Assembly (NCBI GenBank): GCA_022605425.2
Contig: CM061251.1
Location: 248,001 to 312,000, forward strand
DNA length: 64,000 nt
Direction of reading: 5' to 3'
From: Hamiltosporidium tvaerminnensis FI-OER-3-3
Lineage: Eukaryota; Fungi; Microsporidia
In this document: positions 13,311 through 26,800 of the stretch, piece after piece
Layout: every line of letters starts with the position of its first letter
How positions within the stretch are numbered: position 1 is the first letter of the stretch
Translations under genes and position numbers: made by a program
The notes under the pieces: model-generated
What the model was told of the DNA's origin: nothing
What the model saw: only the letters and a program-made list of their open reading frames with translations
Database searches by the model: none

Positions 13311-13619
13311 CTGGGGGTGCAGAAAGTGTGTGTCACAACTGTAATATATTTGAAAAAATTGTAGGCTAATTTGAAACTCGTTCCTCCCCATATGGGGCAT
13401 AATTGGCTGGAGTATTTTCGTCTTGTTGTAATAGAGCGATTATAAGGAACTGGTCTACCAGGTTGGGGTTGGGCATGAGCGAGCAACCCTCTTTTAAAAC
13501 AAGCTTTTTTTGAAACCCTAAAAAGTAAACAAAGCCACTGGAAAAAGACCAGTGGGCAGTATTACTGAGGGCGGCCAAGGCTCTTGCAAGGCTGAAGTGC
13601 CAATTATAATAAAAAAAAA
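13311..13619 (+). mobile_element. Short non-autonomous RTE-like element (5'-UTR motif fused to 3' tail)
   Basis: GC-rich island with CTGGTCTACCAGGTTGGGGTTGGGCATGAGCGAGCAACCC, then GGCCAAGGC..GGCTGAAGTGCC and an A-rich tail. Both motifs resemble RTE-clade termini as I recall them. Homologous to ~37180-37410. Confidence 0.6.
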
Positions 13620-14420
13620 TTTAGAAACTCGATGTTAAAAAATTCTTGATCATAGCTATGCAGCACGACATAATGAGGTGGTATTATGCATCCAATTTAT
13701 CTTACTAAATATATAAAATTTCAAGTCTTCAAAACGAATTAGAAGCCACACAGTTCAGGAAATTTTTGATAACGAATATGCAGAGATAAGACTGGACATC
13801 AGAAAGAAACCAATGTCAAGGTTTGGAATAATAGATCCGATGTATACATTTTAGATAAGATAAAAAACAATATAATCCGCATTGAAGTAAGAATTACTTC
13901 ATAGAATTTCTTCAAATAACTGAAAGCGAAAAACCTAGGGAGTATGACTTACGAGCCAATATGTTAGGTCCTATTTATAAATGTATTGTATGATAATTCT
14001 TTATCTGGTGGCTTAGGACTGTGTTGTGGCAAAATACCATATGATGTATCTTAAAATATTACAAATACCCATGAATGTAGAGGCATACATTCAGTCGATA
14101 GTACTCAAGAAGATAGTCGAAACAGTATCTTTAGATCGACGAAAATGGCTCGAGTCCGGATCAATGGCGAAGAGGGTTAGGAGAGAGCATCATTAAGTGT
14201 TATAGAGGGACCTGAAATCCATGAACAACCCACATCCCGAAATTATAGCAGGTAGACAACTGGGAAGATGGTGTTAGAACAGAAAGTACAAAAAATACTT
14301 TCCCTCATTATTTAAGATGGCCTAACCATAGTAAAAGACCCGAAAAAAACCATAAATAAAGAGTCTGATTAAGAAGAAGAGAAAAAAACTAGATAAATGC
14401 TGCAAAAAAATATGTAAAAT
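13620..14420 (+). mobile_element. Degenerate 3' fragment of R4/Dong element
   Basis: ATGAATGTAGAGGCATACATTCAGTCGATAGTACTCAAGAAG (~14071) encodes MNVEAYIQSIVLKK, as in the intact copies. Many stops. Confidence 0.8.
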
Positions 14421-14687
14421 AGATAAATTTTTTGGTTTAATAAAATTTATCAAGTAAAAATTGGTGGTTTCAATGTATTTTTTTATTTCTTTTTAATTTA
14501 TGTAAAAAACTTTGGGTTTAAAATGTCTCATTACATTCAAATTCTCTAATTTATTGCAAAAAAAATAGTTTGCCGACAAACAGTCTTTTTTGCAAAAAAA
14601 AGCATAAATACAATTTTTCTAGACTTAATCCGATTTAGCACATTTGATATCTGTTGGATTTTACTTTTGGTCAGATTAAAATTCAAC

Positions 14688-14713
14688 AGGGGGAATAGAA
14701 TGGGGCGGGGAGT
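14688..14713 (+). promoter_or_regulatory. G-rich (GC-box-like) upstream motif of LRR gene
   Basis: GGGGG..GGGGCGGGG about 80-100 bp upstream of the ATG in very AT-rich DNA. A G-rich equivalent lies upstream of the paralog (42429-42454). Confidence 0.35.
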
Positions 14714-14792
14714 CAAAATAAAAGACTACATTAAATAAATATTTTTTTGTTCATATAATAAATAATTCAAATGAAAAAAGTTCCCCTATAAA

Positions 14793-17389
14793 ATGTTTTG
14801 CAGAAAAAATTTATTTGCTTTCGATGATCTAAGTATGAATCCAAAATCCAAAAATATATATAGAATACATAGAAGTTTTGGAAACTTCAATCAAAGCGTT
14901 AGATATCTTATAGTTATCTTGGCGATTTTTGGGTTTTTGGAAGTGATAGATTGTGTTCGCATTATTGTTAGTTTTGATACTTTGAAACGTCAAAATTGTT
15001 TAATGGTGGATTCTACCAATAGTTTTAATCCTACAAACATAAATAATTCCAAAGAAAGCTTTCAAGCTGAATCATTTATTAGTCCACATAATCGATGTTC
15101 ATCTTCTGCGACTCCAAACTGCTCCTCCGAAGATATACAACATAAAGAATATGATTCAAACAAAAGAAGAAGGTTAGATGATGCAAATAAAACCGAGAAC
15201 ACCCACTGCCATTTTACAGGACAAACTTCGCATACAACCAATGATGTTTGTACTGGAGGTGTTATCAATCAAAATAGTCCAGCGATATTTTCATTTTGGA
15301 ACCGTAATACGATAGAAAATGCCATAAAATTTCCAGGAGATATCCAAATAGTTTTACCATTGGAACCAATTAATATTGTCAGATTTGATTACTCGGAAAA
15401 TTATATGATTCGCTCTATGTATCTCGATGAATTTAACAATGTTAAAACCAGCAAAAAAGAAATCAACATTCAAGATATAACAAATAGCAATATCGATAGT
15501 TCTTTGTTCGAAGAATGTATCTATGTTTTACGCTATGGTTGGAATTGCAATTTTCTCGGTATAAAGAAAGAAAACTTCTTAAATTTAATTTCGCTTATTT
15601 ATGATCTTAAGTGTTATTCGAATTCTGATGCATTATTAACATTGTATAAAAGCTTACTCACCTATATTTTTGTTTATTTAGAAAACAGATCTTTCAATGA
15701 CACATTCGATTTAACTAAAGATGACTTTATAACTCATAAAAAACATTTTCTACCATTTATTTATGTACTATATGATTCAATCAAAGTAACCTATGATTTA
15801 GATAATAAAGAACTTACATTTATTGAGAAGAAAAATGTAAAAAAAGAAATTTCAATCCAATACCATGATGTCGATGAAATTATAATTCGAATTACACCTC
15901 GGGCACTAGAGTTGATTGATCAAGAAAGGCACACAAATAAATCAACGATATTGAATTGTATAATAAGCGTATATAAAACAAAAGGAATAAAAATATCTAG
16001 CGATAATTCATTTTTTTACGAATCTAAAAATTCTGATTCTGTACGTACTTCGGCCATAAATAAATTACAGATCGAAAATATGAATACAAGTTTTATTTTT
16101 TTATTTAATAGTATGAAATTTATAAAGAGAAGAGAAGTAATATCTATCGAATTTGAACGAATAGTAGTTTCAAAAATAGATATGTTTTTTTGGGACGTTT
16201 AATAAACCTAAAAACATTAACTTTGGTGCAATGTACTTTTAAGAATTTTAAAGCCTTTTACCGTGCAGTTTCGTCTAAATTCCCTGAATTACAAAATTTA
16301 CGGTTTGTTGGGTTAAATTTGCTGACTGGCTGCTTAAATAATTTATGTTACATGAAAATTGAGATTTTGGAGCTTTTGTTTTGTAATTTTACTGTTGATT
16401 TACGTAGTTTTAAACCACGAGAACTGATAAAATTAAAAAAATTCAAGATGAACTATACTTCTATAAAATTTAGGATTATTGAATCGATGATGTTAAGTAA
16501 AACATTAGAAGTTCTAAGCTTGAAAGGAGTAGCCTTTACTAATTATAAATACCCAGAATGTTTCGAGAACTGGCAAAAATACTTTCGCTCTTTAGATCTA
16601 TCTTATTGTAAATTATGTTACACTTCACTAAAATTCTTTTCGGAAAATATCAAAGCCAAAAAATTGTATTTAAACTATTTTCAAATTGAAAGCCAGATTG
16701 TGAATATTTTGAATCAAAAATCTTTACATATAAGTACAAGAAAATTAAGTTTATGTGGTAATCGCATAGATTCTAAATTGTTTTATATCATAACACACTT
16801 TGAAGTTCTCGAATATTTGAATTTATCTTCTTTAAAAGAAAATTCTTATAATTTTTATATGTCTGAGCATAAGTTTTATAGTAAATTAGTTGATTTGAAT
16901 TTATCTGGGAATAAAATTAAAGAAATTTCATTTGGTTTTGCCAAGCAGCTTGATCGACTTGTTGGACTAAATTTATTTAATTGCAATCTTAAACCTGGAT
17001 CTTTAAGTGATTTTTGTCTGGGATTTATGAATAATTCACTTAAAAGAATAAACTTAGCTGGAAACGTTCTTCATTTATCTGATATTATTCAGATAGGATT
17101 GCTTATAAATCTTGAAAATTTTGTTCTTTCATTAGATAATAAGGTGTTTTCAGAATTTATTGAGAAATACAGTGCTTTAAGTTTTCAAAATTTAGAAACA
17201 CTAATATTGATTTTAACAAATCTTGATGACGCTATTATAAATTTTATTATATCGCAACCTTCATTAAAGAGTATTGAATTACGAAACTGCACAATAAGAG
17301 ATAAACATCAAATAGACTGTAAACTAACTCCAGATGGTTTTAAAAGACGCATATCTGAGGATTCTGAAATCACGATAATTGATACATAA
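14793..17389 (+). CDS. Secreted BTB-like/LRR protein, paralog 1 (ORFs 14793-16202 and 16190-17389 joined by a poly-T frameshift)
   Basis: CCCC-TATAAA-ATG start, hydrophobic YLIVILAIFGFLEVIDC segment, and C-terminal LxxLxLxxN/C repeats (LVDLNLSGNKI, LKRINLAGN). The paralog reads through the 16184-16191 T-run position in one frame. Confidence 0.8.
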
Positions 17390-17479
17390 ATCTACTTCGA
17401 AAAGTTAAAAAGCATGTTGCTACCTCCTACTTTATTAAATTGTATTATTTCTTTTCCTTTTTATATTAACGCATAAATG

Positions 17480-18300
17480 TACCCTTTATTATCGCCGTTG
17501 ATTGATTTCAGATCCAAACGCAATAAGTTAATTCTTAAAAAAGATTTTTCAATGTATAAAATATATTTGTGGTCCAGGCAACAAAAACTGTTACAGCCTT
17601 GTAATTTCATTACTTAAAATTTTTTAGAGCTTCACAAACATGAAAAAACATTCTCTAATCACCATTATACCGATATTATCTAATTTAAACAAAAAATGGC
17701 AAATTAAAACATATTGAGCGTTATAATAAGCATTCATTATGTTATTTTCTGGCTATTAAGTCTTTGGAAATGAACTTTATTTTACATTTATTAAAAAAGT
17801 AGATTTAGCATCTTAAACTTCATTTTCTAAGCCAAATCTTTTTTATCTTTTCAATTGGAAATTTATACCTCTTCAATGCCTATTGCTCAGAATTTCTTAT
17901 GTCGTTCATATCTTACTCTTTAGTTCCTCTTGAGAAATTTTACAATAAAATTGCGGCTCTTTTTTAATCATATATTTCTCTTTTTTTGTTTTTTTTACGT
18001 TTAATTTCTCAGAGAATCACCTTAACTCGGCGTTTTATGTTTAGTCTGTTCACTTACCACCTATTCTTATTCCCTTCCGTATTCTTTCTGGTTAAAAATA
18101 TTTCGTGTATAGCGTTTTCTTCGTCTGAAAAAATATTCATTTAAAAGATATATCGTATTAGTTAATATGTTTATTGTATGATTTCCTTGTCATTCTTATT
18201 CCAAATCTTTTAATTTAATTAGGATAAAATTAGACGAGACTACTCAAGCAATAAATGTTTTATACAATTATTATAGGGATAAAAGTCTATTGCATAGAAG
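17480..18300 (-). pseudogene. Highly decayed non-LTR retrotransposon relic (R4/Dong-like)
   Basis: Only traces remain on the minus strand, such as FRRENAIHE (cf. FRKENRMFE) and PGP..YF (cf. WKAAGIDGIYNF). Confidence 0.3.
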
Positions 18301-18729
18301 AAAGGCAAAAAAACACCAAGCTTGTCCGTCAATTGTTTCTGTAACTGTAAAAATTCATAGATAAAAACACTGATAATTGATCTAAATTACTTTTTTTAAA
18401 CATAAAAACTGCAGAAAAATAGAAAAACAAAAAAATAGAAAAATAGAAAAAAACATTTTATTGTTTATTCTTGCCACATAAAATACCACAATCAATAAAT
18501 ATTTACTAAAAATTAGAGCAATTTTTTTTTGGATAAATTAAATGTTTAAAGTGTTTCATTTTCAGTTTTACTCGCTATAATAGTTGTGTAAGATTTATGA
18601 ACAATTTAAAGAGTCCTAATTATGTTTAGAAAACTAGTACTGGTGTCTTATTTTTTTCAAACAAATTAAACATTTCGAGGCTAGTCGTCGTCATTGGGGC
18701 ATTACCAAATCATATAATAGACATTTTTA

Positions 18730-20357
18730 TATAAAGGGCATCCCCTTCGCGCGTTGCGGCGATCGCAGAAGAAAATTTATACAATTTCAGAGTTAAATTT
18801 ATAAATTTTAACTGTTTTTTTCATTTATTCGAGGGAATGTGGATATATAATTTTCCTTGTTTCTTTGTCTGGTATGTATATGAATAAATCGGATGGTTTT
18901 CTCCCACCCTGACGTAGCCACATAGAGTTGATCATGTTCGAAGCCCAAAATTGACAAATCTATTTCGTCCACTTGCAGAGATTATCCTTGTGCTTAGATT
19001 ATTGTCATCGCAAAAACGAGTCGCATGGGAAACTGTAAACGTTTAAATAGAAACGAAATTTCTGTCGGAACTATTCAAATGCGTGGTAACAGTAAATATT
19101 CCTCTTTATATTTACCATTCAAAATAGTGGCTATAATGCCATTCTTCATAGGTTTTTTTTATCGAAAGTCTCGTACCATTACAAAGTTTTGATGAATTGT
19201 GCTTTCGAACAAGAATTTAGGCATTCCAATTTTCCATATTAAAACTTGTGGTGGAAAACCCGCTAAATCAGGCGGTCTTAAAAATTCTTTTGGGTTATTT
19301 ACAATCTCTTCTGATCTACCACGATATCTATGAAATTATGTGTTGTAACTTCGTCTGGTATCAGATTTCGAATTTTTAAATTAATGAAATTCACATCATT
19401 GTTTAGATCAGCTTTTATAGCATTTGCAGCGAGCCACCGATGATTTTTTTTATTTAGTGTAATATTTGGGAATACTTTTTAGGTCAATTCATTTTACGTT
19501 GGTATAATGCTACAAAATTTTCTGGAAATTTGAAAATTGTGTAAATTTGTCATATCCTAAATTCCTATTCCCGATTATAAGTAAAAGTTTTCAAAACTTT
19601 CGGCGGTTTCATCATTTATTATTTGAACACGCAAATTGGTCTTCAAAATCAATCTATTTACATTTCACAATAAGATGAATTCTTTGAGACACTGTTAAGT
19701 TCATCAGTTGGTGCTGAAAGTGGAATAACTTACAAAGTTTGACGAGAATAACCATGAAATAAAATTGTTGCACTCCTAAGGATTCGTATTTTCTCAAAAA
19801 TCTTGCAGTGTAGATCAAACACCTCAAATGCAATTACTTTTTATAAGACATTTTAAATTTTCATTCAATAGGTTTACATGTTTGAGGAACTTTACACTTT
19901 GCAGAATTTTTATTTTTATTACATCTCGGCATCTCACCTATTTATAAATTAATTTGTAATTTTAAGGCTTAACCTGATGCTTGGCCTCCATTTATAAGTG
20001 TTTTTACATTTGTAGAAAAAGTAAATAACACCCTGTTTCATATTTCCTCTTATATCAACACCTTTAACATACAACAATTGATATAAACAACAAGTTAGCC
20101 GAATATAAATTTAATAAAACTCATTAGACTACCGTTAAACATTAGCACCCTTTAACATACTACCTTATTTAGTAACATTTTTTAATTTCACCCACTCTTA
20201 TTAACAGCTTTAGTAAAAAATCCCATATTAATCCTTTAGTTGATATAACTTTATAATGAAAACTATACCCTTTATAAAAATTTGCACCTTTTTAGAAAAA
20301 TAAAACCCTATATTTAGAGTCTTTAACACACACACTTACTTTTATTATATAGATAGA
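18730..20357 (-). mobile_element. Internally deleted Helitron with Pif1 helicase pseudogene
   Basis: The minus strand at ~18900-19120 reads LLPRI*..FKRLQFPMRLVFAMTII*AQG*SL...FEHDQLYVA (Pif1 motifs V/VI). The 5' end is TCTATATAATAAAAG and there is a 3' CGCCGCAACGCGCG hairpin. Confidence 0.88.
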
Positions 20358-20519
20358 ATAGGGATAATTAACATATTCCGACACAAAATTTTTGATTGCT
20401 ATAATTCTCTTTTCTTTCGTATTAATACATTTTGCCTTTTATTTCTTAAAATTTTCTATACTAAATTTTCATGGCTTTAGTTTTACTTACATACTACATA
20501 TTTCAGTCCTCTTTTGCTT

Positions 20520-20715
20520 CTAAGTGTCGAAAATGCACAAATAGAAGATTTTCATTTTTTTCTTTTAATCTGTCGAACTCGGGCTTATAGGAGGATCGGC
20601 CCCTAGATCCGGTGTGGTTTATATCACACCAAAATGGCAAAAATATTTTCATACCAATTATACCCACCCATTGCTAAATAGATAGTTTGTATGTGGTTAT
20701 CTTCACTCCCTCGTT
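20520..20715 (-). mobile_element. 5' fragment of a divergent subfamily of the structured element
   Basis: The reverse complement reads GATAACCACATACAAACTATCT..GCAATGGGTG..TGGTATGAAAAT..GGTGTGATATAAACCACACC. Confidence 0.6.
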
Positions 20716-20989
20716 TTTAATTTTACTTTTTCAATTCTATTTCTTGTTTTCACTTCTTAAATTTTATTTTTTACGTAAAAACAAGAAACATTTAAATCTC
20801 TAAAAAAAATAACACAATTCCTTTTATATGATTAATTTCTAAAACCGATAAATTCAAGCTTCATACCTAACGCTATTCTTTTTAAATTTTTAAAGCTATT
20901 TATAAAAACGATAATGGCTTCAACTTTTGTTTGGACTTTCGATGAAGACCGGAGATAAATAATTCAACATTTTTACCCTTAAATAACGA

Positions 20990-22560
20990 ATTTAAATCAA
21001 TAAATGGAAATATGATAAACTATATAGGATTTTAAATGGCTTATTTGAAGAAGTACAAGGCAACCATATATCAAGAGGTAAAAGACTTTGGCATAGTAGA
21101 TAAAATGCAGAAAAATTAATTTCTGCAATAAATAACATTCGAATCGATAAGCAATTATCAGATAGGAGTAGTTCGACTTGAAGCGATGACTTCTTTAAAA
21201 TAGATAGTAGAATGCGTGCAGTGTTGGAAAAATAAGATGCATCTTCGCCTATGATGTAAAGAGCGTTTTTACCTTCCTAGAACAGAACTCGTAAGAGGCA
21301 TAGAAAGTCTTGAGCTGTGAAGCGAACATATTCCTCTGTAACTCTTGGATTGGCCGGAAAAATGTAAATAAATATCTGCTAAACGAGCTGCAATCCTAAA
21401 GGCGAGGGATACTAATAAAACATTCCTTGCACTAATAAAAAGCTTCTTAAAAGTGAGAATGGATGAAAATAAGAAGCTATAAGAAGAGTGTAGGACATAC
21501 TCAACCTGCAAAACTATATAACGAAATAGAAAAACGTAAGCTTCACTCAAAGCTATATAATACAAGAAAAATAGCATTTATGTGTCGGTGACTCTTCTAG
21601 ATAGCTAAAGAAATGGAATATCAAGCCACATTGTTAAGCAATGTTCTGTTTTATCCAGAATAGAAATGTATTTCGGGTTGAGATAGGATCTGTTAAACCT
21701 CCAACAAATATAGTAAATCGGTTGAACATAAAGTAAATCGATATGAGAAAATGCTCAGGCATGACTACACCAGAAAGTGTAATGAAGTGGTTAGATTTCT
21801 ACACTTAATTATCTTAATAGATATAAGTTTAAATCTTAAAAAGGATGTGAAGCCACGCACTGCAAGAAATTCTTATAAAGAAGTATGAGGAAATAAGAGT
21901 ATATACCAGGATAAAAACTGATGACAATATTCAGAATAACAGACTCGAAATATATATTTTAGATAAAAGAAAATAGAAGATAATACTTATTGAAGTAGGA
22001 ATTACATTCCAAGATATTTTCAAATGGTTGAAACTGGAAAACTAAGGAATTATGACCTGTTAGCCAATGAACTGGATCTTATTTATAGGTTTGTGTTGAT
22101 ATAATTCCTTATGTTATGATCTGGGAAGGATTGCCAGAAAACACCACCAAGTCATGCCTTAAAAGATTGCAAATACCCATAAATCTAGAGACATAAATTC
22201 GGACAATAGTACTTAAGAAAACCGTCGAGGCGATTTTCTTTGATCGACGAAGAGTATTTGAGTCGGGACAAAATACAGAAGAAAGTTGGAAAAAAGCGAA
22301 AATGGGTGTTATTTAAGATGCTGAAATGCACAAAAACAACACACTATTTAAAGCAAGTTGATAACGAGGAGGATGGTGTTAAAACAAATATATAAAAATT
22401 ACTTTACTCCCTATTGTTTTAGAAAACGTAACCACAGTAAACAAAACGACCCAACCATAAATATAAACAAAGAGTCGAATTTAGAGGAAGATAATGAAGT
22501 GGTTAAAGTAGTGGAAGAAATCATTTAAAAGAGAGGTAACTGTTAGCCCAAATTTCAACT
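20990..22560 (+). mobile_element. Degenerate R4/Dong fragment (post-RT to 3' end)
   Basis: Colinear DNA similarity to the intact copies (TACCTTCCTAGAAC, GGCATGACTACAC, GTACTTAAGAAAACCGTCGA), with many stops. Confidence 0.85.
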
Positions 22561-23499
22561 AAACGAAACTTTTGTATCTCTAACATATATTTTTCGATTC
22601 ATTTTCTCCTGTAAATTCTTATTTTCTTTATAAATAACAATAGACATCAAATAAAAATAAGTTAGACTTTTTCAATTATAAAATATCCTTAAAACTCACA
22701 AATATATATTTTAAGTTCTTCGTTTGATTTTCTAAAATAGCCAAAAACAAAACAATTTAAGCATTGCTTCTTCTTTATTCCCAATTTTATTATCTAAATA
22801 ATCTTTTATATAAAAGAACATTTTAATAGTGTTTTAATGTATATTTTAATAATTTTACTATTACTAATACCACTTATAATCTAAAGTATAATATAACTCA
22901 TACATTATGTTTAAATAATTTTAACAAACTATTTTTTCCAATAAAAGAGTTTTTAACAAAAAATAAGTATCTTCAACAATTATAACATAAGATACAATAT
23001 CAAATAGAATAAAAAATATACTTACAAGTATAAATCATACCGCTTAAGTACATATAAAAATTAAGAATACACTAATATTTATATAACCTCTTTAAATATA
23101 CATTTCTCTAATTAAAACATAAAAGAAGTACTCTCTTTAAATTAAATATTAAACACCACTAAAAATATAAAAAAATTTTATTTAATAACTCATTAAATAT
23201 TTTCCATTATTTCTATACTCTTATACTTCTATACATCTATCAACAGCATTATACTTCTATTCATTTATTAAAACATTATACTTCTATTCATTTATTAAAA
23301 ATATTATACTTCTATACTCTTATTCTCTTTTCATTGTCTATTAATAAAACATATTATTATCTTCTAAATAGAAACCACCTTAGATATAAAAACAAATAAA
23401 ATTGTCTTTTACAAAAATCCAAACATTGTACTATATCCATATCCTTTATTAAATCTGTATTTGTTCCTAAAATCCAAACTTATTTCCTAATTTCGTATT

Positions 23500-23665
23500 A
23501 TTACTAAATCCATATACTTTACTAAATCCATATACTTTACTAAATTCCAAAAATATTGCTAAATCCATATACTTTACTAAATTCATATTCTTTACCAAAT
23601 TCATATTCTTTACCAAATTCATATTCTTTACTAAATCCATATACTTTACCAAATTCCAAACATAT
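23500..23665. repeat. 18-bp tandem repeat (~9 units)
   Basis: Units of TTAC(T/C)AAAT(C/T)CATAT(A/T)CT. Confidence 0.85.
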
Positions 23666-23804
23666 TACTAAACCCAATCATTTTTACAAACTCTAAATTA
23701 TCCCAAAATCCAACCCCTACTACCAATTCCAATTCTTCTACAATTTAATATTTTGTAAAAAACCATTTTTTTATTTCAAATAACCACCACCCCCATAAAA
23801 AAAA

Positions 23805-26800
23805 ATGTCTTCATATTCCCACGAACTATCACAAATTCTCAACCAAAACTTCACATCACCCTTATCACAAGAAGACTGCGACGATCTTTTACTATCATTT
23901 ATCCAATCATACACACCAACACAAACCCACCAATCAGTATCACTATACCTTATATCAAAATATAACCCACATTTCCCCACACCTCTAAAATCTCTTCTTT
24001 CCTCATACATATGTCTAACCCTCACCGACCCATCAATATCTATTAACCACACAGATTATATAATTAATTCTAAATCCCTTATTCTTATCACAACTCTTAC
24101 AGACACTCTTAATGACACATATTCAGATTTTCTTAATACTTTATATGATATCAATTATTCTACACACACACCCACCATTTTTATTCCTATACTTTACCAA
24201 CTTTCTTTACACATTTCTCAAAAAGATATAACACACGATACATTTAAATATGTAATTGCTTTACAAAATGTACTTCGTATTGAATCAGTACAATCTGTTA
24301 TACAAGATCCTATTTTTTGGTCATTAAAAACGATAAAGTATACAGATATTGAAAAGTATAATCTTAACCAAATATACACATCATGTATTATCAACGTAAG
24401 ACAAAGTAGAAATACCAACATATACAATAATAGTAGCTTATACAATAATAGTAGCTTATATAGTAATAGCAGTTTAGATGATAATAACAGTAATATAGGT
24501 GTTACTGTTAGTATTGATACACCTACTAACATAATAACCATCAACCAATATACTAATAATAACAGCCAATATAGTAATAATAATAATCAATATGGTAATA
24601 GTAACTATAATCAGTATAATAATAACCAACATAGTAGCTATAACCAATATAATAACCAATATACTAATAATAATAATAACCAACACAACCACTATAATAA
24701 TAACCATCACAACCACTATAATAATAACCACTATAATAATAACAACCAACACAACCACTATAATAACCAACACAATAATAATAATATTATTCACTGTTTG
24801 TTCTTCTTACCCTCATTTCTTGAAGGCTTCTTAGAACCCTTTCTTTACTCCAGAATACCTCTTACCACACCATCACATTTATTATTAAACAAAGAAATAC
24901 AACAAATACGCCATTTAAATATAACACTACCATCACTACAAAAAGAATTAATAAAAAACGTATTTAACATTACAAAAGAAATAATTTTAAAAAATAAAAA
25001 AATAAAAAATAATTTTATTAATTTTTTACATAGAATGTGTATAAACACACGTAATAGAAATAAAATACAATTTGATATTTTTAGTAATTGTAGTGATGGT
25101 TTCTGTTATAATTTAAGTGGTATTCTTAATATGTATTGTTATAAGATTGTAGAATGTAATATGTATGAGAATATTAAAAGAGAAGTAATATACAACAATA
25201 CAATGATACAAGGATTAGATGATAGTGGTGTGGATGTGGGTGGTGGTAGTGTGGGTGGTGGTAGTGTGGGTGGTGGTAGTGTGGGTGGTGGTAGTGTGGG
25301 TAGTGGAGTTAGTAATATAGAGAGTAATATAAGTAATATAGGTAATATAACTAATAATAATATAGAGAGTAATATAACTAATAATAATATAACTAATATA
25401 GAGAGTAATATAAATAACAACAATACTATCAATACACTCTCATCTTATGGATTTACTACTTCAATCTTCTTTTTAAAACTACACTTCTCTATTCTTACTT
25501 ACACTAAACTATTTGAAGATCATTCTACACTTTCACAAGAATATGAATATATAGAAGATATAGAAATTAAAAAGAATATAGAAACACGTATTATGACATT
25601 ACGTATGTTATTTAATACAGAGATATTTAAATATGAAAGTGTTTTTATAGATTTTCTTATGGAGTACATGTATAGGTGTGGAGATGTAGGGGTGAGGGGT
25701 ATTGATAGTGGTGGGGGTCTGGGTAATAATGTAGTGGGTGGTAATAAGGGTAGTGATAATGTAGTGGGTGGTAATAAGGGTAGTGATAAGGGTAGTGATA
25801 ATAATATAAGTAATATAGGTAATAATAACCTTAGTAATAATATAAGTAATATAGGTAATAATAACCCTAGTAATAATATAAGTAATATAGGTAATAATAA
25901 CCTTAGTAACACTAACCAACACAGTAACCAACACACTAACACTATTACTAGTGTTATTGGTTATATGATTGATTGTAAGACTTATCTTATAATGTATTGT
26001 GATTCTACTGTTAATAGTAAGTGGATAAGATTTATAAATGATATTCTTAACGATAGGGTGTGTATAAGTAGTGGTGGTGGTGTGGGTGTGGGTGTGGGTG
26101 GTGTGAGTAATAATAATATAAGTAATAGTAATATAAGTAATGGTAATATAAGTAATAGTAATATAAGTAATAGTAATAATAACCCTTCTACTACTAACAT
26201 TAGTAATAATCCTTCTACTACTAACATTAGTAATAACCCTTCTACTAACAATACTTCTATTACTAACACCCCCATCAATACCCCCACTAATACCAACACC
26301 ACCCCCACCACTACACCCTCCCCTAAGATCTCATTACATCTTAAGGTTAAGTGTGTTAAAATGCTTTACTACTATAAAGAAGATAAAAAGAAATTATTTA
26401 AAAATAAAGAATTAAATATTTCATTAATAAATCTTTATAATTCAATAAATAGAATGGAACAAACATTTTATGATAAATATAGTGTTAGGTATTATATAAG
26501 TAGAATATTAAGAGAAGAAGAGTATTATGATGTAGGTGTTAGATTTGTTAGTTATATGATAGGAGATTTAGAACATTTATTGTGTGAAGGGTTTAATGCT
26601 ATAATTAGTATAAAGAGAAGTGAGGGTAATAGTAGTGTGGTTGGGGGTGTGGATGGTAATAGTGATAGGGGTAATAGTGGTGGGGGTAATAGTAACAGGG
26701 GTAGTGTGGTTGGTAGTAGTAATATAAGTAATAACAGGGGTAATAGTAATATAAGTAGTAGTAATAATAATAATATCCCTTCTAGTAGTAATAACCCATC

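Noticed and set aside
23467-23652. 61-aa ORF with (MNLVKN)n
   Set aside because: Translation of the 18-bp tandem repeat; no other sign of coding function.
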